From positions 96,001-160,000 of the forward strand of contig JBALDB010000046.1 of NCBI GenBank assembly GCA_036918135.1: a stretch of 64,000 nucleotides of DNA, written 5' to 3'. Position numbers and translations under genes: made by a program. Position 1 is the stretch's first letter; each line of letters starts with the position of its first letter. Shown piece by piece: positions 20,564 to 31,169 of the stretch. Under the pieces are notes generated by a model. The model had not been told where the DNA came from. It ran no database searches and saw nothing but the letters and a program-made list of their open reading frames with translations. This DNA is from Nostoc sp. (lineage in GTDB: Bacteria > Cyanobacteriota > Cyanobacteriia > Cyanobacteriales > Nostocaceae).

Positions 20564-21355
20564 TTACAAAATTTGATAACCCGATCTGCCAAAATCTTTG
20601 GTATTAGATATAGTTAAAAAATCAATAGTTTTAAACTGTCTATCAATGGCTGGAAAGCTACATATTTTAGCTCCAATATTTAAGTATGCCTGCAAAATTT
20701 TCGGAATTTCCATATTAGATGAATTCTGAGAATTTTGAGGCAAATCTAGACAAGATTGTGAATTTGGATAGACTAAAATACTCGGATGCATCGAGCCATT
20801 CTGCTGAAAATAATCATAAACGCAACTAGCTTGCCAAGGAGATTGTGTTAGTAATGATACACAGCCAAAGAAATATTGGTTTTTACTCCAGATGAGATAA
20901 TTTGCTAGCCCTTCCCAGAGTAATAAAAGTGCCTGACTATTTCGGTATTCTTTAGCTATACATGCACGTCCAACTTCCACTGATGCTTGAAGCACAGAAT
21001 CAGGAATTGCATTAAGATTAAATATATCGGCAGCATCAAAGCCTAATCTTTGAGAAGCCATTCTATAGGTTTGCATCCGATAAGTTCCGATGGTCTTACC
21101 CGTCTGTTTACAGATGAGAATTAAATGATGGCAAACTTCATCAAACTTATCTCGATCCATCTCGGTAATGCTAGAAGAAGACAATCCCAACCCTAGTTCC
21201 AGATTAAAAACTTCAAAACGCAATCGAAAAATTGATCTTAATTCTTCTTCAGTTGAGGCCAGCCGTAGGATATATTTTTTAGTTTGAAGGACAGGAAAAT
21301 CTTCAACAGGAGGAGGATTCAGTGGGTAATTGATATTGCAGCGAGAAACTTCCAT
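20564..21355 (-). CDS. GNAT-fold N-acyltransferase (OlsB / acyl-amino-acid synthase-like)
   Basis: RLRFEVF, DRDKFD..CHHL, IGTYRM, EVGRACI...YR, PAIDRQF.TIDFL. Confidence 0.85.
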   Translation of the reverse strand: MEVSRCNINYPLNPPPVEDFPVLQTKKYILRLASTEEELRSIFRLRFEVFNLELGLGLSSSSITEMDRDKFDEVCHHLILICKQTGKTIGTYRMQTYRMASQRLGFDAADIFNLNAIPDSVLQASVEVGRACIAKEYRNSQALLLLWEGLANYLIWSKNQYFFGCVSLLTQSPWQASCVYDYFQQNGSMHPSILVYPNSQSCLDLPQNSQNSSNMEIPKILQAYLNIGAKICSFPAIDRQFKTIDFLTISNTKDFGRSGYQIL

Positions 21356-21809
21356 CTGTCTTCCTACTTAAATTAGCGAAAATATCCTACTAGGATTTAG
21401 GCACTATGCTATATCGCATTATGAAATTAATACGTTGAAGTGTGATTGGGACAGTTTTCAATATAAAATCCTCTAGAGAGATTTTTGCTCTCTGGGATTA
21501 GAGGTAGATTGTTTTTATTATGAATATAAATGCCAAAAAAATCTGGCAATAAGATACAAAATTTTCCTTTGATATAGAGTATAAATGCAAGTAATACTAT
21601 TTCTAAAAATTTTGACATAGAGGGCTACCACTCTATGATTTTACACATCTATCTGTAGCAGTAGGTTAATCAAATGGTATCAGTTAAAAAAGTTACAATT
21701 AAGGAAACAAGCCCCTAGAAGAATCTAAGGGCTGGGATAATTTTGATTATAATGCCTGGAATAGGCGTAGCGAGCGCTACTTATAACAAAAGCGCTCTCA
21801 AATACTTTA

Positions 21810-22730
21810 TCAACTACGGTGATTATTGCTGTAATGAACCCTTGTACCTGCCCACAGCAACTTCTCCCGCAAAGTTTGGTAGTAAGAATTGTTCTCGCGC
21901 AAAATAATAAATTTAGCTCGACAATCCGCCATCCGCACATCAACGCGGTGTCCAGGCCAAATCGAAGTCCCCAACACTCCATCTGTCCACAACTTGGTAC
22001 TTAAATCGTAATCCCCTAAAGGCCAAATACTTACCACAGAACCAGGAGGTAAAACCAGGGGGCGACTAGAAAGACTCATTGCACAAATCGGAGTGACGGT
22101 AATCGCCTCCATTCCATCGTGCATAATTGGCCCATTAGCAGAAACGGTGTAACCTGTGGAACCTGTGGGAGTGGAAATAATTAACCCGTCCCCGACGTAT
22201 TGATCGACTACCTCACCATCGATTTCCATTTCTAAAATCGAGGTAATCATTCGGTCAGCAGAAGCTGGTTTAACACAAAATTCATTCAAAGCGAGGTAAC
22301 GCTCACTGACTGGCTGCAAATTAGACCCATGACCCTCATACACCGCAGCTTGTAACATCATCCGCCGTTGGATAGCATAGCGATCCTCAAACAGTCGATC
22401 CCAAACTTTCTCGGTATCCTGAAATTCATCCACTGACTCAGTTAAAAACCCCAGATGACCTCCCACATTCACTCCCAGAATTGGGATGCCAGCTGGGGCT
22501 AAATGTCTGGCACCAGTTAAAACAGTACCATCACCGCCCAGTACCAAAGCGAGATCGATTGGTTGACCCGCCGAAGCCAAAAAGACCGGATAAGGGTTGT
22601 CTTTTGGTCCGCTAGGCCCCATCAACACATGGCACTGGCGATTTTCGAGTTGTTTAGCACAGATTTCTGCCCATTCTTTACTCCGGGCATCCCGCGCTTT
22701 ATAAGCAATGATTACCTGCTTGAGTTGCAC
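21810..22730 (-). CDS. nadK: NAD(+) kinase
   Basis: LGGDGT, GHLGFL, ALNE, DGLIISTPTGSTGY; GTG start directly after ndhE. Confidence 0.96.
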   Translation of the reverse strand: MQLKQVIIAYKARDARSKEWAEICAKQLENRQCHVLMGPSGPKDNPYPVFLASAGQPIDLALVLGGDGTVLTGARHLAPAGIPILGVNVGGHLGFLTESVDEFQDTEKVWDRLFEDRYAIQRRMMLQAAVYEGHGSNLQPVSERYLALNEFCVKPASADRMITSILEMEIDGEVVDQYVGDGLIISTPTGSTGYTVSANGPIMHDGMEAITVTPICAMSLSSRPLVLPPGSVVSIWPLGDYDLSTKLWTDGVLGTSIWPGHRVDVRMADCRAKFIILRENNSYYQTLREKLLWAGTRVHYSNNHRS

Positions 22731-22736
22731 GCACAG

Positions 22737-23042
22737 TTACCACTTCAGGAGATTAAACTGCTCCATATCGACGGTATCGCGGTTGCGATAAATGGCAAGC
22801 ACGATCGCTAAACCCACCGCCGCCTCGGCTGCGGCCACAGTAATCACAAACACGGTGAAAACCTGACCCTTAATTAATGTTGAGTCGAGGAAGTTGGAAA
22901 ATGCCATTAAATTCAGATTAACAGCATTGAGCAACAACTCAATCGACATTAGCACCCGCACCGCGTTGCGGCTGGTAATTAAACCGTAGATACCAATGCA
23001 GAATAAAGCTGCTGCTAACAATAAAAAGTACTGGAGTTGCAT
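22737..23042 (-). CDS. ndhE: NAD(P)H-quinone oxidoreductase subunit 4L (NdhE)
   Basis: [21 protein letters not shown]...[14 protein letters not shown] 23042, 101 aa. Confidence 0.97.
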   Translation of the reverse strand: MQLQYFLLLAAALFCIGIYGLITSRNAVRVLMSIELLLNAVNLNLMAFSNFLDSTLIKGQVFTVFVITVAAAEAAVGLAIVLAIYRNRDTVDMEQFNLLKW

Positions 23043-23102
23043 GAATTTGAGTATTCCTTCTGAAAAAACAGGGCTTTTTATTTGTGACAAAAGTCGCAAA
23101 TT

Positions 23103-23714
23103 TTACTCTTTTGTTTCGCTGCTGCTTGATACCAGTTCTCTGGGGCGTTCTGGCAAAGTCAAAACGGTTTGTGGTAAGTCAGACGATGTAACTTGGTCTG
23201 GCAAATACTCGCGACGTGCCAAAATTATCGCTCCTACCATCGCCATCAGCAGCAAAATCGAAGCTAGTTCAAAAGGTAGTAAAAAGTCACTGAAGAAATG
23301 CTCGCCAATCAGAACTATAGAACCTTTAGTAGCCACAGCCCCAGTTGAGTAGGCCCAAGGAGTCGCCAGCACCATCGTACTCAAAAGCCCAAATAATCCG
23401 AGACTAACCACACCCGTTAGTGCCTTCCGCACCCAAGAATTGGGAAATGGCACAAAATTCTGCCGTTTGTTCACCAACATAATGGCAAACAAAATCAGCA
23501 CGTTAACTGCCCCAACATAAATTAGTACTTGTGCGGCTGCAACAAAATCACCATTGAGCAACAGGTAGATTCCTGCAATGCTAATGAACACGCCCCCTAG
23601 CATAAAGGCAGAATAGACGATGCTAGGGGACAGCACTACACCAAGAGCTGCCCCAATCATCATCACACCCAGTAAGCCAAGGGATACTAACTGTACTCCT
23701 TCCGCTAGATTCAC
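23103..23714 (-). CDS. ndhG: NAD(P)H-quinone oxidoreductase subunit 6 (NdhG)
   Basis: AQVLIYVGAVNVLILFAIML, LLPFELAS; operon order ndhA-I-G-E. Confidence 0.97.
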   Translation of the reverse strand: MNLAEGVQLVSLGLLGVMMIGAALGVVLSPSIVYSAFMLGGVFISIAGIYLLLNGDFVAAAQVLIYVGAVNVLILFAIMLVNKRQNFVPFPNSWVRKALTGVVSLGLFGLLSTMVLATPWAYSTGAVATKGSIVLIGEHFFSDFLLPFELASILLLMAMVGAIILARREYLPDQVTSSDLPQTVLTLPERPRELVSSSSETKE

Positions 23715-23724
23715 TGTTTTTTGT

Positions 23725-23822
23725 CCTCAGTCAATTGTCATTGGTCATTAGTCAATTGTCCTCAGTCAATTGTCATTGGTCATTGGTCATTTGCTTAATA
23801 ACAAAAGACAAATGACAAATAA
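23725..23822. repeat. STRR heptamer tandem repeats in two inverted blocks
   Basis: GTCATTG/GTCATTA arrays followed by ACAAATG arrays. Confidence 0.75.
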
Positions 23823-23928
23823 CAAAGCGCAAAGTCTCTTGCGAGGTTTCCTCCGAACAGACGGCAGTTCCTTTAAGCGGGGGAACCCCGCCAACGGACT
23901 GCCTTAACTTTGTAAGAGAGGACAAATG
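23823..23928. repeat. Modular small dispersed repeat, reverse-complement copy of 41281-41390
   Basis: About 100 bp near-identical, differing only around 23837-23843. Confidence 0.9.
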
Positions 23929-23932
23929 ATAT

Positions 23933-24517
23933 TTATTTTTGAGTTTGTTCGGCCAAGTCTTGTGGACGCACACCCGCAAGCGGTGCATCAGCAGGCGATC
24001 CGTGGGGTTCGAGGACGCCTTTGGGTAGGTAAACTAGTTCGCGTAGTGGTGTTACCATTGGGTCATTTGTTACCTTATAGGGCAGACGACCTAGCGCTAC
24101 GTTGTCATAGTTCAATTCATGGCGATCGTAAGTGGAAAGTTCATACTCTTCTGTCATGGATAGACAGTTAGTCGGGCAAAATTCCACACAATTACCGCAA
24201 AAGATACAAACTCCAAAGTCAATGCTGTAGTGGTTGAGTTTTTTCTTTTTGCTGGCTTTGTCGAATTCCCAATCTACTACAGGCAGGTTTATCGGACAAA
24301 CGCGAACACAGACTTCGCAGGCGATGCACTTATCAAACTCAAAGTGAATTCTACCGCGAAACCGTTCGCCAGGAATCAGTTTCTCGTAAGGGTACTGTAC
24401 GGTAATCGGACGCCGCCGCATGTGATCGAAGGTAACAGAAAGTCCCTGACCAATGTAACGCGCAGCTTGTATTGTTTCTTTGGTATAATCACCAACTTGT
24501 TTTAGAAACTTTAGCAT
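23933..24517 (-). CDS. ndhI: NAD(P)H-quinone oxidoreductase subunit I
   Basis: Two 4Fe-4S motifs, [12 protein letters not shown] and [12 protein letters not shown]. Confidence 0.98.
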   Translation of the reverse strand: MLKFLKQVGDYTKETIQAARYIGQGLSVTFDHMRRRPITVQYPYEKLIPGERFRGRIHFEFDKCIACEVCVRVCPINLPVVDWEFDKASKKKKLNHYSIDFGVCIFCGNCVEFCPTNCLSMTEEYELSTYDRHELNYDNVALGRLPYKVTNDPMVTPLRELVYLPKGVLEPHGSPADAPLAGVRPQDLAEQTQK

Positions 24518-24554
24518 CGTGTTTCACTCTCTGTGTTTAAGCTATCAGCGTTAT

Positions 24555-24641
24555 TTGTCTTTTGTCCTTAGTAATTTGTCCTTAATCATTCGTCCTTTGT
24601 CCAAAGCAAATGACTAATGACTAATAACTAATGAGTAATGA
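24555..24641. repeat. STRR heptamer repeats (TTTGTCC / ATGACTA)
   Basis: Tandem heptamers in the ndhA-ndhI spacer. Confidence 0.7.
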
Positions 24642-25760
24642 CTAACCGCCAAAGGCGAAAGGAAAGGCTAGTTTGAGTGCGGCAGTTAATAGGAGATTAA
24701 CCAAACCAACTGGTAACAAAAACTTCCATCCTAAATCTAACAATTGATCGATCCGTACCCGTGGCACTGTCCAGCGTAACAAAATAGCGATAAACACTAG
24801 TAAATAGGCTTTGAACACAGTCATGGTGATACCCAAAGCAGCAGTTACTATCTGCAACACGGGATCGGCTTCACTGATTCCCAGCCAATTAGCTATGAGG
24901 TTGAGGGGAATGGGAAAGTCCCAACCACCCAGGTAGAGAATTGCTACTAGTAGGGCAGAAAGTATTAGGTTAACGTAAGAACCGAGGTAGAACAGACCGA
25001 ATTTCATGCCTGCGTATTCAGTTTGATAACCTGCTACGAGTTCTTCTTCCGCTTCGGGTAAGTCAAAGGGCAATCTTTCGCACTCAGCTAGGGCGGCTAT
25101 CCAAAAAATTAGGAAACCGACTGGTTGACGCCAAATGTTCCAGCCTAGGATGCCGTAGCCAGATTGTTGATTAACAATGTCAATGGTGCTGAGGCTATTA
25201 GACATCATAGCGATCGCTAATACTGCCAGCGCCAATGGAATTTCATAACTAATAGATTGCGCTGCTGCCCGCAAGCCCCCTAAAAGGGAGTATTTGTTAT
25301 TAGATGCGTAGCCAGCCATCAACAAACCAATGGGCTGAATGCTTGACAAAGCAATCCATAAAAATACGCCCATGCCCACATTGCTAATTACGATGTTCTG
25401 CCCAAAAGGCACAATCAGGAACGAGAGAAACACCGGAATCACAACAATAATTGGCCCAAGGGTAAACAACCAAGGGTCAGAATTGGCTGGCACGATATCT
25501 TCTTTAAATACCAGCTTCAGACCATCCGCTACAGGCACTAGTAATCCAAAAGGCCCTTGGTATTCTGGCCCAATTCGTTGCTGTGCAGCAGCAGAAATTT
25601 TTCGTTCTAGCCAGGTAGCTACTAATACCCCCACTGTTGCCCCAATTAGCATCAGTACCATTGGCAATGGCAGCCAAATTGCTTTGGCTGTTCCTGCTGG
25701 CACACCTAAATCCGTGAGGGATTCAATGAAAGTTCCTTGGAGGTCAATTCCTGAATTCAT
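24642..25760 (-). CDS. ndhA: NAD(P)H-quinone oxidoreductase subunit 1 (NdhA)
   Basis: [45 protein letters not shown]. Confidence 0.98.
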   Translation of the reverse strand: MNSGIDLQGTFIESLTDLGVPAGTAKAIWLPLPMVLMLIGATVGVLVATWLERKISAAAQQRIGPEYQGPFGLLVPVADGLKLVFKEDIVPANSDPWLFTLGPIIVVIPVFLSFLIVPFGQNIVISNVGMGVFLWIALSSIQPIGLLMAGYASNNKYSLLGGLRAAAQSISYEIPLALAVLAIAMMSNSLSTIDIVNQQSGYGILGWNIWRQPVGFLIFWIAALAECERLPFDLPEAEEELVAGYQTEYAGMKFGLFYLGSYVNLILSALLVAILYLGGWDFPIPLNLIANWLGISEADPVLQIVTAALGITMTVFKAYLLVFIAILLRWTVPRVRIDQLLDLGWKFLLPVGLVNLLLTAALKLAFPFAFGG

Positions 25761-25974
25761 GTTTGATGCTCTTTAAGACATGAGTTATTGTGAGTTACAA
25801 ATATTACTTAATTAATATCTGTAAATTCACTCATTAATAATTTTTGCCTAGATGATGTGTGATTGAAGATTTGTTGCCAATTCCCATGCCTAGTATATCC
25901 TTGGATGGTTTTACCACCCTGAAGCGAGATGAGAACTTCTACTTATGGTTGGCATTGAGATTGGCTATTGGTGG

Positions 25975-26100
25975 AGGGAGTAGGAAATGGGGAGATCAGG
26001 AGATAGGGAAGTGTGGGGAGTGTGGGGAGTGTAGGGAGAGAGGGGGGAAAGATTTCTTCCCCATCCTCCCACACCTCCCACACTCCCTGTTTGCCCAATG
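25975..26100. repeat. Purine/pyrimidine-skewed dispersed repeat just downstream of gltA
   Basis: 26030-26100 is near-identical to the reverse complement of 34412-34482. Confidence 0.8.
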
Positions 26101-26104
26101 CCCG

Positions 26105-27241
26105 TTAACGTTGGTCAATGGGCAGATAAGAAACTTCGTGAGCGCCGTTGTAAATCTGGGTAGGACGGAAAATCCGGTTTTCTGCTAGCTGTTCTTTCCA
26201 GTGAGCTAGCCAACCAGCAACGCGGGCGATCGCAAATATTGGTGTAAACAAGTCTGTAGGAATACCCATCTTCCTATATACCAAACCAGAATAAAAGTCA
26301 ACATTGGGAAAAATCCCTTTGCTACCGAGTTTTTCCTCTACCACACGTTCCACTTCTAGGGCAATGTCATAGAACTTGTCATGCCCAAACTTCTCAAATA
26401 ATTGTTCTGCTAGGCTTTGTAAAATTGTGGCTCGTGGGTCTTTTACTTTGTAGACACGATGCCCACAGCCCATAATCTTCGCTTTGCGTTGCAGACGATC
26501 TTCCACATAAGGACGCACATTTTCCACAGAGCCAATTTCTTCCAACATCTGAATTACTTCTTCATTGGCTCCACCATGCAGGGGCCCTCCTAAGGTTCCC
26601 ACCGCACTAGCAACTACAGCATAAGGATCGGTCAAGGTAGAAGCTGTCACTCTGGCACTGAAGGTGGAAGCATTCATTGTATGCTCGACCTGAAGTATCA
26701 AGCAGATATCAAAAATTCGCGCTGCCAAAGGATCGGGTTCTTGCTCATTGAGCATGTATAGAAAATTGGCAGAGTAGTCTAAGTCATCACGGGGACGCAC
26801 GGGGTCGTTACCTTTTCGCATCAGTTGGAACGCCGCCACCATCGTGGGAATGGTTGCTATCAAGCGCACTACCGAATCTCGAATGTAAGCAGGATTATGT
26901 AAGTCCCGGAGCGAATAAAACAAGCCTAAAGCAGCAGCAGAGGCTTGCAGGGCATCCATTGGGTGACCGCTTTCTGGAAAGCATTTCATCATGTCCCGAA
27001 TGCGGTATTTTATTCGCCTGTGGTGACGAACTTCATGTTCAAATGCTTCCAGTTGTTGTTTACTGGGCAGTTCACCCCAGATTAAGAGATAAGCAGTTTC
27101 TAGGAATGTACTTTTTTCTGCTAGTTCCTCAATCCGGATGCCACGATATTCTAGTATTCCCTTTTGCCCATCAACATAACTAATACTCGATTGGGCGGCG
27201 GGAATGCCTTCTAGACCAGGCTTGTATTCGCACACCATCAT
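26105..27241 (-). CDS. gltA: Citrate synthase
   Basis: GLEGI, HPMD, EHTMNAST, GPLHGGAN, GHRVYK..DPRA, PNVDFYSG. Confidence 0.97.
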   Translation of the reverse strand: MMVCEYKPGLEGIPAAQSSISYVDGQKGILEYRGIRIEELAEKSTFLETAYLLIWGELPSKQQLEAFEHEVRHHRRIKYRIRDMMKCFPESGHPMDALQASAAALGLFYSLRDLHNPAYIRDSVVRLIATIPTMVAAFQLMRKGNDPVRPRDDLDYSANFLYMLNEQEPDPLAARIFDICLILQVEHTMNASTFSARVTASTLTDPYAVVASAVGTLGGPLHGGANEEVIQMLEEIGSVENVRPYVEDRLQRKAKIMGCGHRVYKVKDPRATILQSLAEQLFEKFGHDKFYDIALEVERVVEEKLGSKGIFPNVDFYSGLVYRKMGIPTDLFTPIFAIARVAGWLAHWKEQLAENRIFRPTQIYNGAHEVSYLPIDQR

Positions 27242-27349
27242 GGCAACACCATTGACTTTTTGAAATGTTCGATGGAGCTAACTTACCAGAAATTTCTTGT
27301 TGACATAACAGTAGCCGTTCTAACAACAATCAAAAATGTTGAAAAACTG

Positions 27350-27844
27350 TTATAGCAGGTACTTGGGTGGTGTCAACCAAAACATCTGACTACGACCCAG
27401 AGGAGAACCATTTTCTGGTAGTTTTATCCCAATCATACCTGCTTTTTTCAAGACTAAGCTTGCTTTGACCTCCCCCCATAAGAGAATTTCTGCCCAATTG
27501 GTTAAATCAGGTTCGTGTCCAACCAACGCCAGTTGGGTATTTTGGGAGTAATTTCTTGGCTCTAACCAGTCTTTGAGCCAACCAGAAATTTGACCATCGT
27601 GGGCGAGGTGGCTAGATTCCTCTAACTGGGAGCTTAGTTTTTCTGCTATGAGAATTTCAGCCGTTTGACGGGCACGCACTAAGGGGCTAGTGAGAATCAA
27701 ATCAAAGTTTAAACCTAATTTAACAAGCTTTTTAGCAACTTTCTCAGTTTTTTGCCTTCCTTCTGTGGTCAGGCTGCGCTCCTCATCCTTAATACCTAAA
27801 TCTTTATCTTGGGCGATCCCATGACGAATTAAATATAGTTTCAT
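27350..27844 (-). CDS. sixA: Phosphohistidine phosphatase SixA
   Basis: LIRHG, SPLVRARQTA, LVGHEP. Confidence 0.95.
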   Translation of the reverse strand: MKLYLIRHGIAQDKDLGIKDEERSLTTEGRQKTEKVAKKLVKLGLNFDLILTSPLVRARQTAEILIAEKLSSQLEESSHLAHDGQISGWLKDWLEPRNYSQNTQLALVGHEPDLTNWAEILLWGEVKASLVLKKAGMIGIKLPENGSPLGRSQMFWLTPPKYLL

Positions 27845-28083
27845 ACTTTAAATTTTATTGGCGTAGCCTATGCTGAGTTATTTGTTACGCTTATTGTGAA
27901 TTTATCTATCCTAACTTAATCATCATTATCTATTCGTTTATCTGCTATCTGCCTAGAGTAGCGAAGTGTTACGCGTTCTAAGGTGTTAGGGATATGGTAA
28001 TAGATTTAAACCTTGAATAAATCTGTAATCCCTTTAATTTTTTGCGATCGATGGGTAATTCGACACTATTGCTGTAGCTACAA

Positions 28084-28803
28084 TTAAGAGTCAAAAGACT
28101 CATCCATTAAGTGTTGTAAGTCATTGAACTGATTTTCTAAACCTTCTTGTTGTAAACGGGTTTTAATACTTGAGAGTATTTTAATTTTTGTTTCTTTGTC
28201 AATGTTCCTTAATTCTGAAGCAACGATTTCATTAAATATCTGATAATCTTTTGCTAGTCTATTTATCAAAATCGACGCTATTCTTTTTATCTCACTTTCA
28301 TTTACCCATTCCTTTAGTAATTCACAAACTAAATTGTCAAAATCATGCAAAACTTGCAAATTTAGTCTTTCAATATATCCGTGAGCAAGACGATTACGAG
28401 CTTCAAAACAAGCTTGAGCAAGGTCAAACTGAGAGATTGATAACTCTCCCAATGAGTACAGATGTCTTAGTAATCCTATTACTGGGAAACGTTCAATGGG
28501 GATTGATACATCGATCACTCGCTTTCTTAAAACTCCCTCAAGAATACTCCACAGAAAAAGAAAACCAGGCTCAATTTCATCATTTTCAATAAGCTTATGT
28601 GCTTGAACAAACCGATTGGTTAGCTCTTGCCATGAAGGAAGTTGTTCCGATGTTCCAGGTAAGGATTTGCCTTCTATATCTTCAAGCGTGACCAATAAAA
28701 AACGCCAGCCTCGATGTTTACTAACTTCCTCTGCTAAAGCCTGTAAACGCTCCACAGAAATTCGGCTGAGACTGGTTCTTATTTCGATTACAAAACCTGA
28801 GTT
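28084..28803 (-). pseudogene. N-terminally truncated REase-like (AHJR-like) protein with HEPN-type Rx4H motif
   Basis: Frame is open to 28803 (GFVIEIRTS..., no start before GTG 28755); WRFLLV segment, W..LEG.LR and RNRLAH (28381-28398). Confidence 0.55.
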
Positions 28804-29111
28804 TCAATTGGGTCAGACAAAAACCGACGATGGCTCTCTACATCTGATACTAAGCTATCATCTTCAAAAACTAAATCTACAAGTGCATCCTGAATCGGCT
28901 TGATAATGTTATCGATGTCAGCCGGAAACTGATCGCAAAGATAAACTAGCGTCAGTTGTAGATTCCCTTTTTTAATGGGGCTGTTATCTTTCCAAACTTT
29001 TTGAGCTTCAACGCGCACAAAATTCTTCCATGCCTGAAGGTTTTCTCTTTTCTTTGTCTGTAACGAAACAGGGCGTCTGGGAATGAGAAATTCAAAAGGT
29101 ATTATTCGCAT
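28788..29111 (-). CDS. RusA-family resolvase-like protein, probably C-terminally truncated
   Basis: PVS.Q, DIDNIIKPIQDAL...F.DDS RusA catalytic motif; 107 aa, overlaps the next frame. Confidence 0.8.
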   Translation of the reverse strand: MRIIPFEFLIPRRPVSLQTKKRENLQAWKNFVRVEAQKVWKDNSPIKKGNLQLTLVYLCDQFPADIDNIIKPIQDALVDLVFEDDSLVSDVESHRRFLSDPIETQVL

Positions 29112-29216
29112 TCCAACTGTATATCTTGATGATTACTTAACCAACTTACACCAATTTTCATATATAACTCCCGATCATATAGGGTATATTTACACTTATA
29201 TAAAAATTCTACATAG

Positions 29217-29687
29217 TTATTCGTCAGAGTTAGGATAAAAGTCTAAATTTAAAATTTCATTAATAGAAAACGGACAGACAAGCGCAAAATTCTCTGCTGA
29301 TAAACCTGTTTCCACTATTGCCTCTTGCCACGCTCTTTGATAGGTAGTATTAGGCTACTCAGTATCATTTAAAAGACGGCGCAAGCTAGAGCTTTCTTGT
29401 AGCAATTCATCTATATTTAGTCGCTCACGGGTAATAGTTACTTGCCAACTGGGGCTACGACGTTCAGATTGATACTTCCACTTTAATAAATACGACAACA
29501 CTAACCGCAATGCACTTTGCAACGCTTGCTGTTAACTCTTACCCAATTCCACCACTTCTTCAATTAAGTGTTCTAAATCTACTCCGTTCCACTAATGCGA
29601 TTGTAAAAGTGCTGCGGTCTGCTCTACCCAAGCATAAAAATCTTGCTCATATAGACTTTGTAACATTTCAAGTTCTACAGACTTCAT
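29217..29687 (-). pseudogene. DUF29-family pseudogene with three in-frame stops
   Basis: AAGGAG RBS, ATG 29687; LYEQDFYAW, DLEHLIEE, LLKWKYQ, SWQVTITRER, CPFS; stops at 29592-29594, 29532-29534 and 29355-29357. Confidence 0.9.
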
Positions 29688-29789
29688 GGCGCTCCTTTTT
29701 GATAAATAGGTAGACACGAGTTAATACTTGTATCGACTTACTAAACATTAGGCACGAACTATATTGCCAATCAATTAATAAAAATTAAA

Positions 29790-29816
29790 TTCCCGACTTT
29801 GATTCAAAGTCGGGAA
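29790..29816. terminator. Perfect hairpin downstream of the DHH gene (terminator or repeat-derived)
   Basis: TTCCCGACTTTGA-T-TCAAAGTCGGGAA; a related hairpin lies at about 61625-61653. Confidence 0.5.
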
Positions 29817-29885
29817 GGAATGCTATATAATCAAACACACTTCAACTGCTACATGATTTAGGAGTTCTTCTGATTTCCCTTATCG

Positions 29886-31169
29886 CTACTCAGACTGAAT
29901 TGGGTTATCTCTGGGGTTAACTAACCTCAGTAGCTTTTGCTTAATTTGAGTGTCGAATACTTCCCATTTCATTTTCGCATAGGCGGAATTTTCGTTACTG
30001 CCAGATAAGAAACCCATCGGGATTTCAAAGCCGCCAGCGCTTGTCCTTCCACCACCAAAAAAGCGCCCTGTGCTATCTTGCCCAAAGGCTTCTTTGATGA
30101 ATTCATCGGGGTCAAGGGTAAGTTTGGTAGTTCTCAAGGAACCAATGACTATTTCTAATTCTTCGTCTTCATCATGAACAATGCCGTAAACTACGGCGGT
30201 ATGCACATTTTCTTCCGTGACGAGAAAATCAGCTGCTTGGGGGATAGCATCGCGGTCGTCGTAGCGCAGATAACCGACACCAGCAATGGAAAAGTTATTT
30301 TGGACGATGCGGTTTTTGAGCGATCGCTCGATCACATCCATCACCCGCTTGGAACGATTCGCCTGTAAAATGGCATTCAGCAGTTGTGCGTCATAAAATC
30401 GACTTAAATATGCAGCTGCCATAAAGTCTTCTTCTTGCGCTTGCATCAAGCGATTTGTATCCGATCGCAAGCCATGCATTAAAGCAGTAGCGCATTTGAC
30501 GTGTTGATTGATGCTGCTATCTAATGCTAGTAATCCTGTTTGCAGGTATTGAGTAAAAATTGTTGCCGTCGCTCGTACATAAGGACGGATATCCTCAAAC
30601 TCTGATTGGAGATCCCCTTGTATACTGTGATGGTCGATGAGCGCCACTAAGGGGATTCCAGCCTCCTGCACTGCACAGAGTAGCTGCGAAGTCGTTCCTT
30701 GGTTATCGATGAGTACAAAACCTTGATAAGATGACAAATCCTTGCTTTTCAAAGTTTGCTGCGTCCAGCGTTGGATCGGTAAATTAGTCAGTCTAACCAA
30801 GGCAATATTTTCTTGATGACTTAATGCGCCGGCATAAATGATTTCACACTTGATGTCGTATTGCTGGGCAATTAATTGATAAGTCCAGGCACAAGAAAGA
30901 GCGTCTGGGTCAGGAAAATCTTGCAAAATTACTAGTTGGCGATCGTGTCGGTGCGCTAGTAGAGTTTTTTGCAGTTCTTCTGACTTTTGTTGTGCTAGGG
31001 AATTACCACGCTGACCGAGATAGATGGCTCCTTCACCTGGCGATGGCTGTAATGATGGACTTTTAAGTGCAACTTCCACTGGGTCTTTCTCTATTTCAGA
31101 TTCCTCTGGGTTTGGTTCTGTGTTCAATGACAAACTATCAAACTCATTAACGGGAGAATTTAAATACAT
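29886..31169 (-). CDS. DHH-family phosphoesterase (NrnA-like)
   Basis: DPDALS, LIDN, IDHH, GLRSDT and C-terminal GGGR..AGG. Confidence 0.92.
   Translation of the reverse strand: MYLNSPVNEFDSLSLNTEPNPEESEIEKDPVEVALKSPSLQPSPGEGAIYLGQRGNSLAQQKSEELQKTLLAHRHDRQLVILQDFPDPDALSCAWTYQLIAQQYDIKCEIIYAGALSHQENIALVRLTNLPIQRWTQQTLKSKDLSSYQGFVLIDNQGTTSQLLCAVQEAGIPLVALIDHHSIQGDLQSEFEDIRPYVRATATIFTQYLQTGLLALDSSINQHVKCATALMHGLRSDTNRLMQAQEEDFMAAAYLSRFYDAQLLNAILQANRSKRVMDVIERSLKNRIVQNNFSIAGVGYLRYDDRDAIPQAADFLVTEENVHTAVVYGIVHDEDEELEIVIGSLRTTKLTLDPDEFIKEAFGQDSTGRFFGGGRTSAGGFEIPMGFLSGSNENSAYAKMKWEVFDTQIKQKLLRLVNPRDNPIQSE

Noticed and set aside
25859..26188. ORF 25859-26188, and similarly 34207-34506, 23773-23988 and 7647-7919
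   Set aside because: Derived from dispersed repeats and overlapping real genes
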